Positions 23,719 to 37,384 of a stretch of 64,000 nt of DNA are shown in pieces; position 1 is the stretch's first letter, and every line of letters begins with the position of its first letter. The notes below the pieces were generated by a model. It searched no databases, was not told the origin of the DNA, and saw only the letters and a list, made by a program, of their open reading frames with translations. Origin of the DNA: Gracilinanus agilis (taxonomy: Eukaryota); assembly GCF_016433145.1 (NCBI RefSeq), contig NC_058131.1, forward strand, positions 27,436,774 through 27,500,773. The letters run 5' to 3'. The translations under genes were made by a program, and so were the position numbers.

Positions 23719-25989
23719 CTGAGAGACAGGAGTGAAAGCAAGAAGGATAATCACTCTGGGGCAGGAGCCTCCTCCCACCCATCTTTTGTCACTACTTTCA
23801 CCCTCGGTGCAATAAATTGGGCTGGTACGGGAGGATACCTGCTCCATTGGCTGCTCTGGAAGGGACCCAGAATCACATATTCATTTTAGTGTCTACCACA
23901 CAACTAGGCACAGAATGTAGCTTAAGAAGAACTTGTTGACTTAGACACTCATTGAGAGGCTACATTGCATTTTGTCTTTTGGAATTCTTGTCTCAGAGTG
24001 GAGAAAAGTTTTGTCAGGACTAGAGAGGGCCGGGGACTCCCCATCATTGTGCCTTTGCACTGGAAATTCCCCATTCCTGAAATGTTCTCTCTTCTCATCT
24101 TCATCTCCTAGAATCTCAGACTTTCCTTAAGACTCAACTTAAATGTTATTTTCATTCAAAGAGAGCCTTTCCCTGCCCACCCCCTGCATATGCTATTTTT
24201 CTCTAAGGTTATTTTTTTTATCTACTCTGTATGTATCTTACATGTATTTATATACTTTATATATAATATATATATTATCTATATAATAATATATACTCTA
24301 TATATTATATACTTGTTTGCTCACTCATTAGAATATGATTTCAGTGAGAGGAAGAATTTTTAATGCTATTCTTTGTGTCCCCATAGCTTGGTATCTGGGA
24401 AAGAGCACTGAAATTAGAATCAATTCCAGGTCTTTTACTTACTAGCTGTGTTACCTTAAGCAAGTTAATTCTTGTCTTTTCTAAGGTTGAGTTCTTTCAT
24501 CTATAAAACAAGGAAGTTGTTAACAAAACCAATGATTAGGACAAGAAGGGAAGCTGGGGATTGGGAAAAATTATTTCTGAGAAGGGTTTTGTATCCAATA
24601 TGTAGAAAGAACCAAGAGGAAAGTACAAGACCAATAGTCACTCTTGAATATATAAGTGGCCAAGGGATGTGAAGAAATAATTCTTTTTTTAAAAAAATAA
24701 AACCATTTCTATTATGTTGGAATCAATATTGGTTCCAATTCAGAAGAGCAGCAAGGGCTAGGCAATCGAGATGAGGTGACTTACCCAGGGTTATAAAGGT
24801 AGGAAGTGTCCGAGGCCAAATTTGAACCCAGGACCTCCTGTCTCCAGGCTTGACTCTCAATCCACCAAACCACTTAGCTGCCCAAGAAATGATTCTTAAG
24901 AGAATTGCAATCTATCAACAATCTACTGAATGATAACTCCAAATGACCAATAATAAGAGAAATGCAAAACAAAATAGCTCTGTAGTTTCAGCTTTTGCTC
25001 AACAAATGACAAAAGAGGTGAAAATGCAATGTTTGAGGACCATGAAAAGACAGACACACTGCAGTGAAGTTGTGAATTGGTCCATCCATTTTGGAAAGCA
25101 ATTTCAGATTATGCTAATTATACCTGGAGATTCTAGAGGGTATATATAGGCATATATATGTACACATATCTGTGTATTTATATGTGTGTGTGTATAAATT
25201 ATATGTACTTAAATCTCCCAAGGAGATAAAGAAAACTCCAAAAGATCTAATGGTATTATATGCCAAGCCTCTATTTACCATTATTGTTCAAACCTCTGCA
25301 TCCAAGTAAGGAGAAACCCTCAGTATTGACCCCAGGAAATGTGGCAAGGCTAGAGTTTCTTGAGTTTCTTAAGAAACTTTTCTCAGTTTCCACTTCTTGG
25401 GATGGGGCAACTTTTGGCCATCTCCTCTCAAAGCAGCTCCTCTTGCTTTGGAATAGCTCTGTTAGAAAAATTTCCTTGAACCAAGCCCAAATTTGTCTGT
25501 TTGCCTCTCCATTACTACTATTTTTGCTTTCTAGATCCAAATAGAATAATACTTCTTTCATCCAATAATTCTTCAAGTACTTGGTATTATGTACTTATGA
25601 ATCTTTTCTTCCTTAGCCTAAATATTCCCAGTTCCTTTAATTCATCTTCATGTGATAAACTCATGGTTATAGCTCTTTGTGTCCTTGTTCATTTGTCTTC
25701 ATGTTTGTGTCTTGTCTCTGAATTTCCTAGTTGGAAGGAACCCTGTATTGCTGATCCACTCTGTCTAATACACACCTGAAAGAATTTTCCTTATAGCATA
25801 TCTAACAAATGGTGATTTTGATAATATTGGAAGACCTCTAAAGAGGAGGGAAACATGTATTTGTAAAGTATCTCCACTATGTGCCAGAGACTATGTTAAG
25901 TGTTTTGCAAATGTCGTGTCATTTAATTCTCATAATAACCCTAACACATAGGTTTTATTATTCCTTCCATTTAATAATTAAGCTATAAG

Positions 25990-26325
25990 CTAGCGATATA
26001 TGGCTGTGAGAGTTGGACTGTAAGGAAAGCTGAACACCACAGAATTAGTGCTTTCAAATTTGGTGTTGATGAATATTGAAACTGAGGCTTAAATACTTTG
26101 GCTATAAAATGAGAAGATGGAACTCATTGGAAAAGATCCTGATGGAGGGGAAGAGTGAAGGCAAAAGGTATAGGGGATAGTGGAGGGTGAGATAGAAAGC
26201 ATCATGGATACAATAAACTTGAAGCTAGACACACTTTGAGAGAGAGTAAAGGATAGAAGCATCTGGTGTGCTTTAGTTCATGGGATCATGAAAATTCAAC
26301 ACAACTGAATGAACAACAACAAAAA
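25990..26325 (+). mobile_element. RTE-clade LINE 3' fragment
   Basis: tatggctgtgagagttggactgtaaggaaagctga, the hallmark RTE/BovB-like RT end. Confidence 0.7.
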
Positions 26326-26993
26326 CTGAGCTGGTCAGTGGTTAAGTGACTTGTTCAGGGTCACTGAGTCAGTAAGTATCAAAGGCTGTATTTGAAGTCA
26401 GGTCTTCCTGATTCCAGTTCCAGAATTCTATTCACTGTGCCACTCAGCTCCCTGTTAACTTGGGAGGTAGAAAAGCTCTGTAGGAATTTTTTCACAACTG
26501 CCTGGGCTCCTCTTCCTCAGGGTGAAAAAAGGAAGTGGGAAGGAACAGAGACTTGACTCATGATGAGGAAATGGGACAGTGGTATTCCTATGAAAGTCTA
26601 TGCCTCTGCTTTGAATTAGAACTTTGGGGAGGGGAGCATAGTACTGAATTTTTGAGTGATTTCTGACACTAAGTAGGATTGTTGACCTTGGGCCAAGGAT
26701 CTGGCTTTCAAAAGAAACTATGAGTTTGGTTTCTTTAGGCAACACCTGAATGCCAAAATCTTGTGTAACTCCTCTGAGCTCCTTGAGGACAGACCTGTGT
26801 CTTCATTAGAATGAAGACAGACTATGTATCCTTTTCCAATGCTAGGTAATAAATTTATGGCCTTGGGAAAATCTCTTCTCCTCCTTAGACCTCAGTTTCC
26901 TAATTGTAAGATGAGAAGGTTGGACTAAATGGTCTCTGAGCTCCTTTCCAGTTCTAGAATTATGAGCTCTTCCCACTGCTTCCCCAGACTCAC

Positions 26994-27078
26994 CTTCCTG
27001 GGTCTCCCTTGCAGCAAATGCTCCTAGAATGAGCATCCAAGTGAAGAATGGCTTCTTCTTCTTCTTCTCACTTGCCAT
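26994..27078 (-). CDS. Gene C exon 1 (signal peptide)
   Basis: MASEKKKKKPFFTWMLILGAFAARETQE+G|gtgagt; 85 nt. Confidence 0.85.
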
Positions 27079-27348
27079 CTTGTTTTCCAGACAAGCTATG
27101 CAACTTCCTAAACAAACCTTTCAGAATAGACAGGTTAATTTAGGTTATATCTTTTTACTTTTTGCAGAGCTAAAATGGGAAAAAGATGCCCCTATATACA
27201 CATAATGGCTCCCTGTGAGTCATTCCCACTTCCATGAGGATTGGCTCTTTAAAGACCATTGAATCCTATCATTGGCAGCTGGGGCATCTGTTGCCAGGCA
27301 GAACCTGTCCCACAAGGAGAGGCATCAGAATGGAAATGAAATGAAGTC

Positions 27349-27367
27349 TGTGGGAGGGCAGGAAGCC
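27349..27367. promoter_or_regulatory. Variant of the conserved promoter motif, gene C
   Basis: TGTGGGAGGGCAGGAAGCC. The promoter also has an AP-1 TGAGTCA at 27216-27222 and a TATA-like element at 27191-27200. Confidence 0.45.
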
Positions 27368-28766
27368 TTTGAGCACAATCACTATCATATGTTGTCTGAG
27401 CAAGAACTGGCCCAGTGCCAAGCTTACGGCTGGCATTCTTGAGGGTTAGTATTGGAACAAGAGTGTGGAGTCTGATGAAGAAGATATGAACCTACTTTCA
27501 CAGATGCCTTACTTTCTTTGGAGAGGCAGGGCCCCCCAGTCTTGTAGAGAGACACAACTCTTACCTTAAGGGTGGCTTCAGTTGGATGGTGGGGACCATC
27601 GTTATGCTTGGGACTCTTGAATCTAAAGCATAGGAATATCTTAATGAGAGAGGGAGAGGTTGAGTACACTTGCCCCAAAAGCTTAGTTCCACTCTGCACT
27701 CTTCACTTGCATGGATACAGTAGGATGAAATGATGGGAAGAGAATCAGACCTGGATTCAGAAAACCTGGGTCTGAATCTCTCATTGGACATTTACAAAAT
27801 TCTGTGACAAGAGGCAAGTCCCTAAAGCTCTGAGAGCATCAGTTTCCTTATCTGTAAGAAAGGCATAACAATGCTTGACTCAAGTCAAAGGATGGCTCAT
27901 AAGCCTTAAAAGTTCTGCAGAATCTTAGAATGGAAAGAATCGTTAAAGTCGTCTCATTCAACCCTGATGCAAACGGTGAATCCAATTGCAGATTTTCCCA
28001 ACCAGTGACGATCTTGTAATTATCTTGAAGACTTCCTGTGATAGATAATTTGCAGAGAGACCTGAAATTTGTATACATTACCTCCTCTGGGCTTCATAAC
28101 AACCTTGGAAAGCAGTTTTTTGTCTAGTCATTTCAGTCATGTTTAACCTTTCATGACCCCATTTGGGATTTCTTGATACTAGAATGCTTTGCTATTTCCT
28201 TCTCCAGATCATCTTACAGATGAGGAAAATTGAGTCAAATAAGGTTAAGTGACTTGCCCAAGATCACATAGTAAGTGCCTGAGTCCAGGTTTAAACTCAG
28301 GAAGATGAATCTTTTTTTTGGTTTTGTTTTGTTTTGTTTTGTTTTTATATTTTTAAACCCTTAACTTCTGTGTATTAGTTCCTTGGTGGAAGAGTGGTAA
28401 GGGTAGGCAATGGGGGTCAAGTGACTTGCCCAGGGTCACACAGCTGGGAAGTGTCTGAGGCCAGATTTGAACCTAGGACCTCCTGTTTCTAGGCCTGGCT
28501 CTCAATCCACTGAGCTACCCAGCTGCCCCCAAGATGAATCTTTTTGACTCCAGGACTGGCACCAAATCTACTGTACCACCTAACTGGATCCAAAGCAGTT
28601 ACTAAAGTAGTTTTATTCCTATATGACAGATGGAGAAAATGGCTCTCTTAGAGAAGCTACTGGCTCGTGGTCATTGTAGCAATTAAATGTCAGGCTCGGA
28701 AACATAGCATGGGGAATTATTCCCAGGGTCTGATCATTATCATAATTGCATAGGTGAAAAAACTAA

Positions 28767-29700
28767 GGAAGAATAGTCTTCCTCAGCATAATGGGAATGC
28801 TGACAATTTGCACATATGTCACCAGGGTTTTTGGAGCACCAGCCACTTTAAAGTGGCCAATAGGAAAATTAGTGTGGCATATGAGCAACTTAGAGACTTG
28901 TGAGTCAAGGAAGTCAAGTCTAGGCCTTGTATCAAGGTATATGGAAGGGTTCATTCATCTTTTGTTATTGCTTTGGACATGATGGATCAATGTGGGCCAG
29001 ATACTCCCAAGAAAAGAACTCATTATCAGTACACTGAAAACTTCATTCTACAGGATCGTTGTTGGGAAATTCCATTTGGCACCAGAGATAAGGTCTAGTG
29101 AAAAAATATTTGCTCCTAAAATTTTCTCTATTTTTTTAAACCTTTACCTTCCATCTTGGAATCAATACTGTGTATTGGTTCCAAGGCAGAAGAGTGGTAA
29201 GGGCTAGGCAATGGGGGATAAGTGACTTGTCCAGGGTCACACAACTAGGAAGTATCTGAGACTAGATTTGAACTTAGGACCTCCCGTCTCTAGGCCTGGG
29301 TCTCAATCCACTGAGCTACCCAGCTTCCCCCTAAAATTTTCTCTATTGGTGAGTCCACTCAGTTGGCAATCCTATTCCACCAGGATTCATGGGGCCACAC
29401 CCAGCACTGAGGGAGAAGGTAATTTGTGACTCAGAGAGAACAGGACTCTTGATAGGAAGATATGGATGAGTCCGAGACTGCCTTTGGAAAGTATGCCTTA
29501 CATATATTGAACAGAAGTGACTGGGAGTGAATACAGCTGCACAGTGAGAGTCTCTTTCAGTATGGATACCAGTCAAGAGAAAAAGGTATGACCTTTAAGG
29601 AATTAGATCTAGCACGCTTGAAGGCAAACTACTATTTCAGGAGGATTGTGAGGTAGGACTTAATCATGGGAATCTGTAGTGAACAGTAAGAGGTTCTACT
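28767..29700 (+). other. Decayed reading frame split by a SINE; candidate third L-like fragment
   Basis: After removing the SINE, about 143 codons carry only one stop. Spacing of PEI...QDSW...FG matches the recalled PEL...QKSW...YG. Confidence 0.35.
29133..29329 (-). mobile_element. SINE1_Mdo-type SINE with a long target-site duplication
   Basis: cctaaaattttctctatt repeated at 29115-29132 and 29330-29347. Confidence 0.9.
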
Positions 29701-32700
29701 TAACCAAAAATATAGACCAAGAAAGGACCTTAGAAGCCATCTAGTCCCACCGTCTTATTTTAGAGATACAGAACTGAGACCATAGAAGTTGTGGCTTACC
29801 TACTGTCACACAGTAGGTATCTGAAATGAAATGTAAACTAAAGGCTTTTTGATTCCAACTCCAGCATTCAATCAAGTTTGCCATACTGTCTCTTAGTGGC
29901 ATGAGGACAGTTTGTGCTGTCCCAGTCTTACATGTCTATGACCATGAAAGCTCTCTCTGGTCATTTTGGAATCCTGGACTAAGATAAAACTCAATTTGCA
30001 GTGTAGAATAAGGTCTACCAGCCCCAAAGATTCCCTTGTCTCAAAAACCCCTCTGTCTTTGATACTAATCTATAGCTCTCTTCTCTTTCATGGCTAAATC
30101 TCTTGAGAAGGCCATCTACAGTTGGTTCTTCCACTTCCTTTCTTCTCTCTCCTTAATGTAATATTTCTTTTGGCCTCATAATTCCACTGTAATTGCTTCT
30201 TCAAATTTACTACAATCTTTTAAGTGTCAGATTGAATGGCTTCTTCAGTTCTTGTCAACCTTTCTGCAGCCCCTGACACTGTTAATCACCCTCTTTTTCA
30301 TAATTTTCTCTTTCCTTTAGGTTTTTGTGAAGCAATTCTCTCATGAGTTTCCTTCTACATGAACAACTTCTCCTTCTCAGCTTCATCTGCTGAACTTCAT
30401 CCGAGTTACTCCTTCCAATTATTGTTATCCGCTAAGTCTCTGTGCAGAACCCTTTCCTACTCTTCCTTTATGCTACTTTGCTTGCCAATCTCATCAAGTC
30501 CCATGGATTCAACTATCATTTTTAGGCAAAAGATCTTCAGATTTATTTACCCATCCCTAATCTTTCTCTTGATCACCAACATGGCATATCTAACAACTTA
30601 TTAGACATCTCCAATTAGATATCCCACAGATATGTCAAACTACACATCTTTGATATGATATGTCAACATATTATCTTTTCCCCCAAACCCTAGTTTCTTG
30701 ATAACTTTCTTATTACTATTGAGGGTACTACCATCTTTCTAGTCTCCCAGGTTAGCAAACTGAGTGTTACCCTTGACTCCTCACTCTTTCAACCTTCCCT
30801 CCTCCCTATATTCAATCTGTTGCCAAGTTCTATTCAATTCAATAAGCATTTATTAAGTGCTTACTATGTGTGATGCGCTGTGCTAAGTTATGGGGATTCA
30901 AAAAGAGGCAATAGACAGCCCCTGAACTCAGGGAGCTCATAATCTAAAGGGGGAGGCAACACGCAAATAAATCTCTACACAGCAAACTATGTATGAGATA
31001 ATTAGAAAATAATTAGAAAACACTGGAATTGAGGGATTAGGGAAGGTTTCTTATAGAAGGAGGGATATTAGAACTTACAGGAAGCCAGGTATGTCAATAG
31101 AGTGGAAGAGGGAGAGCACTCCAGCCATGGAGGACAGTCAGAGAGAATGGCCAGAGCTAAGAGATAGAGTATCTTTTTCATGGAATAACCAGAAGGCTAG
31201 TATCACTGGATCAAAGTTCTATCAATTCTACTTTGGAAGCATCTCTTGATTATGCCTCTTCCCTTCTCTGATACCATTCTTGTGGAGATACTCAACACTT
31301 CGTACCTGTACTATTGCAATCATGTGCTGACTGGTCTCCTCTCACATCTCTCCCTATACTAGTTCACTCTCCACTCAGCTCTCAAGCTGATCTTCCTGAA
31401 ATGCAAATCTGACCCTGATTCAATAAACTCAAATAGTTCCCTATTGATTCTGGGTTCAAATATCAAATCTTTTGGCTGCTACAGCCTTTCATAACCTGGG
31501 CCCTCCCTCTCTTTCCAATATTCTTCCCCCTTCTCCTTTATTGTTATATCTAGTGTCCCTGGCTTCTTTCTTGTTCCTTGGACAGGATGCTCTGATTGCT
31601 TTTGATTTTGGTTCCATCAACTGGAGCCAAGCAGATCAAACCAATAAAGTTTGACTGACTGTATGATCACTGGTCTCAGAGATCAGTTTCATGCAGTTAG
31701 GTTCAGAGGCTGGGTATAAGTGGAAGAGATTTTATCCTGTCTTCTTCAGCCAGAAATTCCATTATATTGAGCCACAAATTTGGCTTTACTTTGAGAATGT
31801 GGTTTCCACTGAAAGAAAGGACCATACATCTAGATGTATAGATGAACGTGGCCCCACAGGTCATCAAGTCTAAACCTTTTATCTTATAGATGAGGGAACT
31901 AAAGCAAGGGAAATTAAGTGACTTTCTCAAGGTCACCCAGATAAGAAGCACCAGAAGCAAGATAAGAAAGCAGGTCTTCTGCCTTCAGAGCCAGGGATCT
32001 TTCCACTATTCCATGCCTTCCCTGCCCCTTGATCTCCCCATAATGCATTGGGTGGAATAGGAAACAGATAGTAGGTACATAACAGGAAGCAATGTTTCCA
32101 TTTTCTTCTATTCCAACACACACACCACCCAACATTCCTTGTTCTCCTGGTTATATTCTCTGCCTCCCAAGAAAAGGATTTGTCTATTTTTTTCTCCATC
32201 CCTCTTCACTAGTCCTCACTCACCTCAGTCCCTCAGGAGAAATCAAGCAATTTCAAACTCTTGTTCCTTGTAGCCCCTGGAATGGACTTCAGCCCTCTTT
32301 TCAGAGACAGTTTGCAAGCTAGAAAGTTCCCCCATAAGTCTCCATATCTTTGGAGACTTGCCCACCAACCAAGTTCAAGGAAATGAACAGGGGTGTAAGA
32401 AAAGGCTAGGATGAGAGATGACTTACTGACTCTGGGTTATATTGGGAGGAAGAATCCTAAAGAAAGAACTGTCCAGTCGGGAAAGCCAGGCAAATCTTCT
32501 TCTTTACTTTCCATGTTTTTCTGTCATCTTACTTAGGTCTCAGGCACCAGCCTTTAGCATGAGCTTTGTCACCAACTTTCTGAACTAGTTGCATCCATTG
32601 CCACAAACAACAAGCTGCCATCTCACCCCTTAAGGGGCCCCTTAACATCACCTGGGGTTTCTGGCCCTCACCACAAACGATATCACCGATACTCTGCTGC

Positions 32701-32928
32701 CTTCTAGCCACTCTGAATGTCAACAGATGCCATGGTTGGCAAGGACAGATGAGTAGGATCTTGGCGGGGCCAATTCCAGTTGGTATGGCAAAGAGGAGTA
32801 GAGAGCCTTTGTGTACCCAGGAGACTCATCTTCCACTTCAGCTCTGTCAAAGGTACAGTGCTTGGAGACTGGAGCCTTATGCATTGGGGAGGTTATTGAT
32901 GTGAACAGGCAGTCTTTGGCTGAGGAGC

Positions 32929-33013
32929 TTGGAATTTTAGAGAAGGAAGGAGGAAGGATTCTCATCTTGTCTGCTATTTCTAATGATATTTACTCTAAGG
33001 GAGACTCAGGCAG
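32929..33013 (+). pseudogene. Inverted orphan class I-like leader exon
   Basis: FSSCLLFLMIFTLRETQA+G|gtgagt, matching the leaders of A-D. TTG sits at the position equivalent to ATG, there is an in-frame TAG at 32938, and no alpha1 exon is nearby on +. Confidence 0.75.
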
Positions 33014-34229
33014 GTGAGTATAAAAAAGAGAGGAAGGGATTGGAGCATCCTAGATCTGGAACTAAAAGGGACCTCAGAATCCATTTAACTGAAATTCCTT
33101 ATTTTATAGAGGGAGAAACTGATTTCCAGAAGGCAGATATGACTTGCCCAAGGAATCACAGGTTCGAGCAGAGGTGATATTTGGATCTGGGTCCATTGAC
33201 TCCAGAACCAATGAAATTTCCACCATATCATGTTTCCTTTTGGTATGAGGGCAGACATGGTCTCTGTTTCAGAAAGTTCCTAGTTTGTTGGGGGTAGAGG
33301 AAGGGAAAGAACTTAGTACTTGCCTATAGGGTGCTATTAGTTTTATAGAAAAGACAAGATGCTGACATAAGACCCATATAGAAGCTGACAAAGGTAGATA
33401 TAGGTTCATCAGTTTAGAGCTGTAAGGAACCTCCGTGGGCATCATATGTAAGCCTTTTGTTTTACAGCAGAGTACACTGAAGTTCTGGGAACTTAAGTGA
33501 CTTATTCAAAGTCTCACATGTAGTAAATGTCAGAGATTGGATCTGCACAAAGGTACAGCTACAATTGTTGGGCAGAATTCTGAAGAGATCTCGAACAAAT
33601 TGAACCAATCAGAGAAATCCTACAGGAGAAGATGAGCTTTAGTCCCAGAGAGTGAATTTGCCTTGAGAAGCAGCTCTTTGGCTTATGTCCCAATTTCCAT
33701 AAGGAAGTAGGAAGATTTAGGAGGAGGGGCTGGAGCAGTCAGAATAATGAGGGATTCAAGAAGTTCAAGTTTAATTCTGAGGTCTGGAGATGTCTGTAAT
33801 GGGAGTAGATCTGCCACAGCAGGAGGGGAAGAGAGGAAGTAGAAGCCAGGGAGAATTTCTTAGGAAACCAGAGCATCTTTGAGCTTGCCAAATTGGCCAG
33901 GGTCAACCTTGAGGGCAGGGACTATACTTCGATCCCCATTGCTTAGAACAATGGCTGATACATAGGAGGTACATCATAAATACTGGTCAAAATAAGAAAG
34001 TCCCAGATCTTAAGAGGGAAATTTATGCTTGGGGACTTCCCAGCCTAATGAGAGTCTCTATTCTCAGGAAGCCCATGAACTGATGTGGGAGACAGTTCTT
34101 GCCCATGGGAAGTCCCTCATCTGATTCCTTTCAGCAGTGCTGGGCTATCCATGAACCATGGGAGTGAGATGTGACTAATCAGATTTGTTGATCAAGGTCA
34201 AGAGATGTCCACCAATGTGGCTTCAGGTT

Positions 34230-34255
34230 CTATTCCTCCACTGATTTGATTATCC
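34230..34255 (-). CDS. Candidate gene D terminal exon, (G)IIKSVEE*
   Basis: The minus-strand sequence GGATAATCAAATCAGTGGAGGA resembles the start of gene C exon 6, and a downstream TTCATGGATA..AGCAC motif is shared with the gene C 3'UTR. The acceptor lacks a pyrimidine tract, and an alternative acceptor at 34370 would give GGT*. Confidence 0.3.
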
Positions 34256-34811
34256 CTATAATATCTGGGTCTCCAGTTTTCTGGCGTATTTTTCAGAGCT
34301 CAGGTACTGGATTTAAGATTTCACAATAGTCAGTGTTTTTAGTCTCTTTATCACTGGGTCTAAGTTCCTCCTGTGGAGGTGTGTGGCATCCCTCTGTAGT
34401 CCCCGCCTGAGGTTTAAACCTTGGGCCACTGGTCTTAGGCAGGGTCATCTTATCTCAGATACTAAAATGTAATATAGGAGATAGAATATTGGACTTAAGT
34501 TTGAATTCTGTCTCAGATGATTACTGACTGTGTGTCCTTGTCAAAGTCACTGAATGTCTCCTTTTCTTTAAAGGGAAGATAATAATGGCTTTTATTTTAG
34601 AGTTATCGTGGGGCTCAAACAAAATTGTGTATTTTCTAACTTAAAAAATTATGTAAGTGTGAGATATTATTGTTGTGTGACCCTGGGCAAGTCACTTAAC
34701 CTTTGTCTGCCTCAGTTTCCATAACTACTAACCCCTGCTTCCCAGAGTTGTTGTGAAGATTAAATGAGAAAATATTTGTGAAATGCTTAGCCTAGGGCCT
34801 GGCATATACTT

Positions 34812-34846
<35 letters not shown>
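34812..34846. repeat. (ATC)n microsatellite
   Basis: Direct reading. Confidence 0.9.
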
Positions 34847-35189
34847 TATTATTATATTTTATATTACAATTATGATATTGTAATATTATTATTGTTAGCT
34901 ACTGACTATGCAAGAGAGCTAGGAAGCATGGTGGATGGAATACTGGACCTGGAATTAGGAAGATGAGTTCAGTTGTGACCTCAGACAATTACTAGCTGTG
35001 TGACCCCCCCAAAATTATTTTGACCTCAGTTCCCTCATCTGTGTATTATTTAAATAACTAGGGGATAACCAGATCCTAGAAGTGTCACCTAATAGAGGTC
35101 ACAGACTCATGGGTCTTAATTTGCCAGCATGACATGCTAGATTCCTGACTGGGAGGTGTGGTGTGATTACATGCTTGAACGCCAGAAAT

Positions 35190-36274
35190 TGTTACTCAGA
35201 CGGTCCAGTTGAAAGTGGAGTAGATGTAGCATCATAAGCAAGATAAAGAGCTAGAAGTGGAAAGGCTTTCTCTCTGCCATTTTTTGGGCTTATGAAGTCT
35301 AATGGGGAAACACTTGTGGGTAACTTAAATATTACTGGGTTTAGAGAAAGGGGAGAAGGTGGACTTACTGAACAGGGATAACAGACTGGAACTAACAAAC
35401 TGGGGAAACACAAACACCACCAAAGTACAAGGAATGAGAAATTATGGATTGGTAGTTGGTGCCAACTGGCACCACAGATCCACCTAGTCTGGGAGTCTGT
35501 GAAGCTAACAAGTGAGTAGACTGGGACCACAGAATTATAAAATACAGGTTTAATACAGACTATCGGGTTAGAGATGATGGGAGAGGTCACACTTAACCTA
35601 AAGCACTAAGGATCAAATTCAGGGTTAAAAGCTGAATATCTGGAAATCCCTACACTACTCTAAATAGGCAGCTAAGACATAAGGGACAAATGGGATCTCA
35701 TGTAGATGGTCAATAGGTCTTGATCAGTTGTAGTCCAAGTATACTCCAAGAGCACAGGAACCAGCCAAATAACTCTTCAGAGGGAAATCAGGGAGACTGA
35801 CTTTGCTTGTCCACCAAGCAAGTCAGAAATCTCAACCTTTATTCCTTGATCCTGCTAGTTGTAAGGTCTCAGGTGTTGCTTAGAGATACCCAAATTCACA
35901 GGTCTCTCAGGCCAGCACTTTCCCAATTCCTTCAAAAACCCAACTGCCTTTTTGAGAGAGAGAGTCCACTGTGTTCCAGGTTGGAATCTCTGCTCCTGCC
36001 TGTCTGTCTAAGCTTCCAAAATGCTTTAAAACCTATTTCCCTCTTATAGAAGGGAGCTTTCTGGCAGGTGAGGCAGTGGTAATCTATGTAAGCCATCTCT
36101 TGCAAGCTGCTTATCAGGGGGCCACCACTAAATCCAGGAACAACCACTTGCAACCTCTGCCTGGGACTTTGAGTTAGATAGGCTGGAAATGTTATTTCTC
36201 TCTTTCTTTCTCTTTACTAATAAATACTTATAAATTTAGTATAAAGTCTTGAAGACAACTTTTTATTCATAGCA
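35190..36274 (+). mobile_element. Probable solo LTR
   Basis: TG...CA ends and AATAAA near the 3' end; no clear target-site duplication. Confidence 0.45.
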
Positions 36275-37384
36275 TCTGGAAATGGAGCTGGAGAAAGAAA
36301 TGGCAAACCACTCCAGTATCTTTGCCAAGAAAACCCCAAGTAGGGTCACAAAGAATTGGACATGATTAAAAGATTAAGCAAGAACAACAGCTAACTATGA
36401 ACATTTCCACCCATCATTCCATTCACCCAAATCAGCTGGAAAATCCTCTGAATTCTACTTCCACAGTAGCTTTTTCATCTATTCTGTCCTCTCAATCCTC
36501 ATGTTGATTTGTCTCCTTTAGGCCCCCACCTCTTGCCTGGTTGGAAAAGGTTTCTAGTCATCTTTCTTTCTATAATCTATCCCCTACTTAACGCATCCTT
36601 AACATCCTTAATTGTCTGAGTAATCTTCCTTACACAATGCTCTGATCATGTCACTTACTCCTTTGCTAAAAAAAAAGTGGCTCTCAATTGTCTGTCAATT
36701 TAAATATAAACTCCTGATCCTGACCTTCAAGACTTTTTTCAAGATGTCTTTAACCTGGGTTCAAATCTGGCCTCAGATACTTCCTAACTGTGTGACCCTG
36801 GGAAAGTCACTTAACCCTAATTGCCTAGTTCTTACCACTTTCTGCCTTGGAACCAATGCTTAGTATAGATTATAAGATAGGAGGTAAGGATTATTAAAAA
36901 CAAACAAACAAACAAAAATGTCTCTAACTTACCTTTCTTACTTTGTCTTATGTTATTCACCTTTATGTAATAAATGAATAGAAGAATGAAGGATGGAGCA
37001 TTTATTAAAGCTTTACTATATGCCAAGTACCGGGCATGTAATTATGAAAACAAAACTCTCCTTGCCCTCAAGGAGTTTATATTCATATGGGGAAGACAAT
37101 GTGTATGGGGAATAGTGGCCAAGGAGGGCTATTTTGGACTGGGAAGTCATAGGGAAGCCACCAAATTGGCCAATAGGGCAAATGATTGACATTTGTCCTT
37201 TACAGAAATGATAGCATTGCTTTAATTATCATTCCCAGAGCTAGACATGGAAAAATGGGTCAAGGGATAGGGAAAGAGGGTGCACAGGTAAGATGTGAAG
37301 ATGGCTGAAGAGCAGCAGGCTGGTAGATCTGAGCCAGGTTAGCCATGGAGATCTGTCACCAAACAAGATTATGCAGGTGCCCAG

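Noticed and set aside
29395-29425. Acceptor-like ccttctccctcag on the minus strand resembling the alpha3 acceptor
   Set aside because: The following sequence does not encode alpha3 and has early stops.
35192-35590. 132-aa minus-strand ORF
   Set aside because: Lies within a probable LTR and has no recognisable domain.
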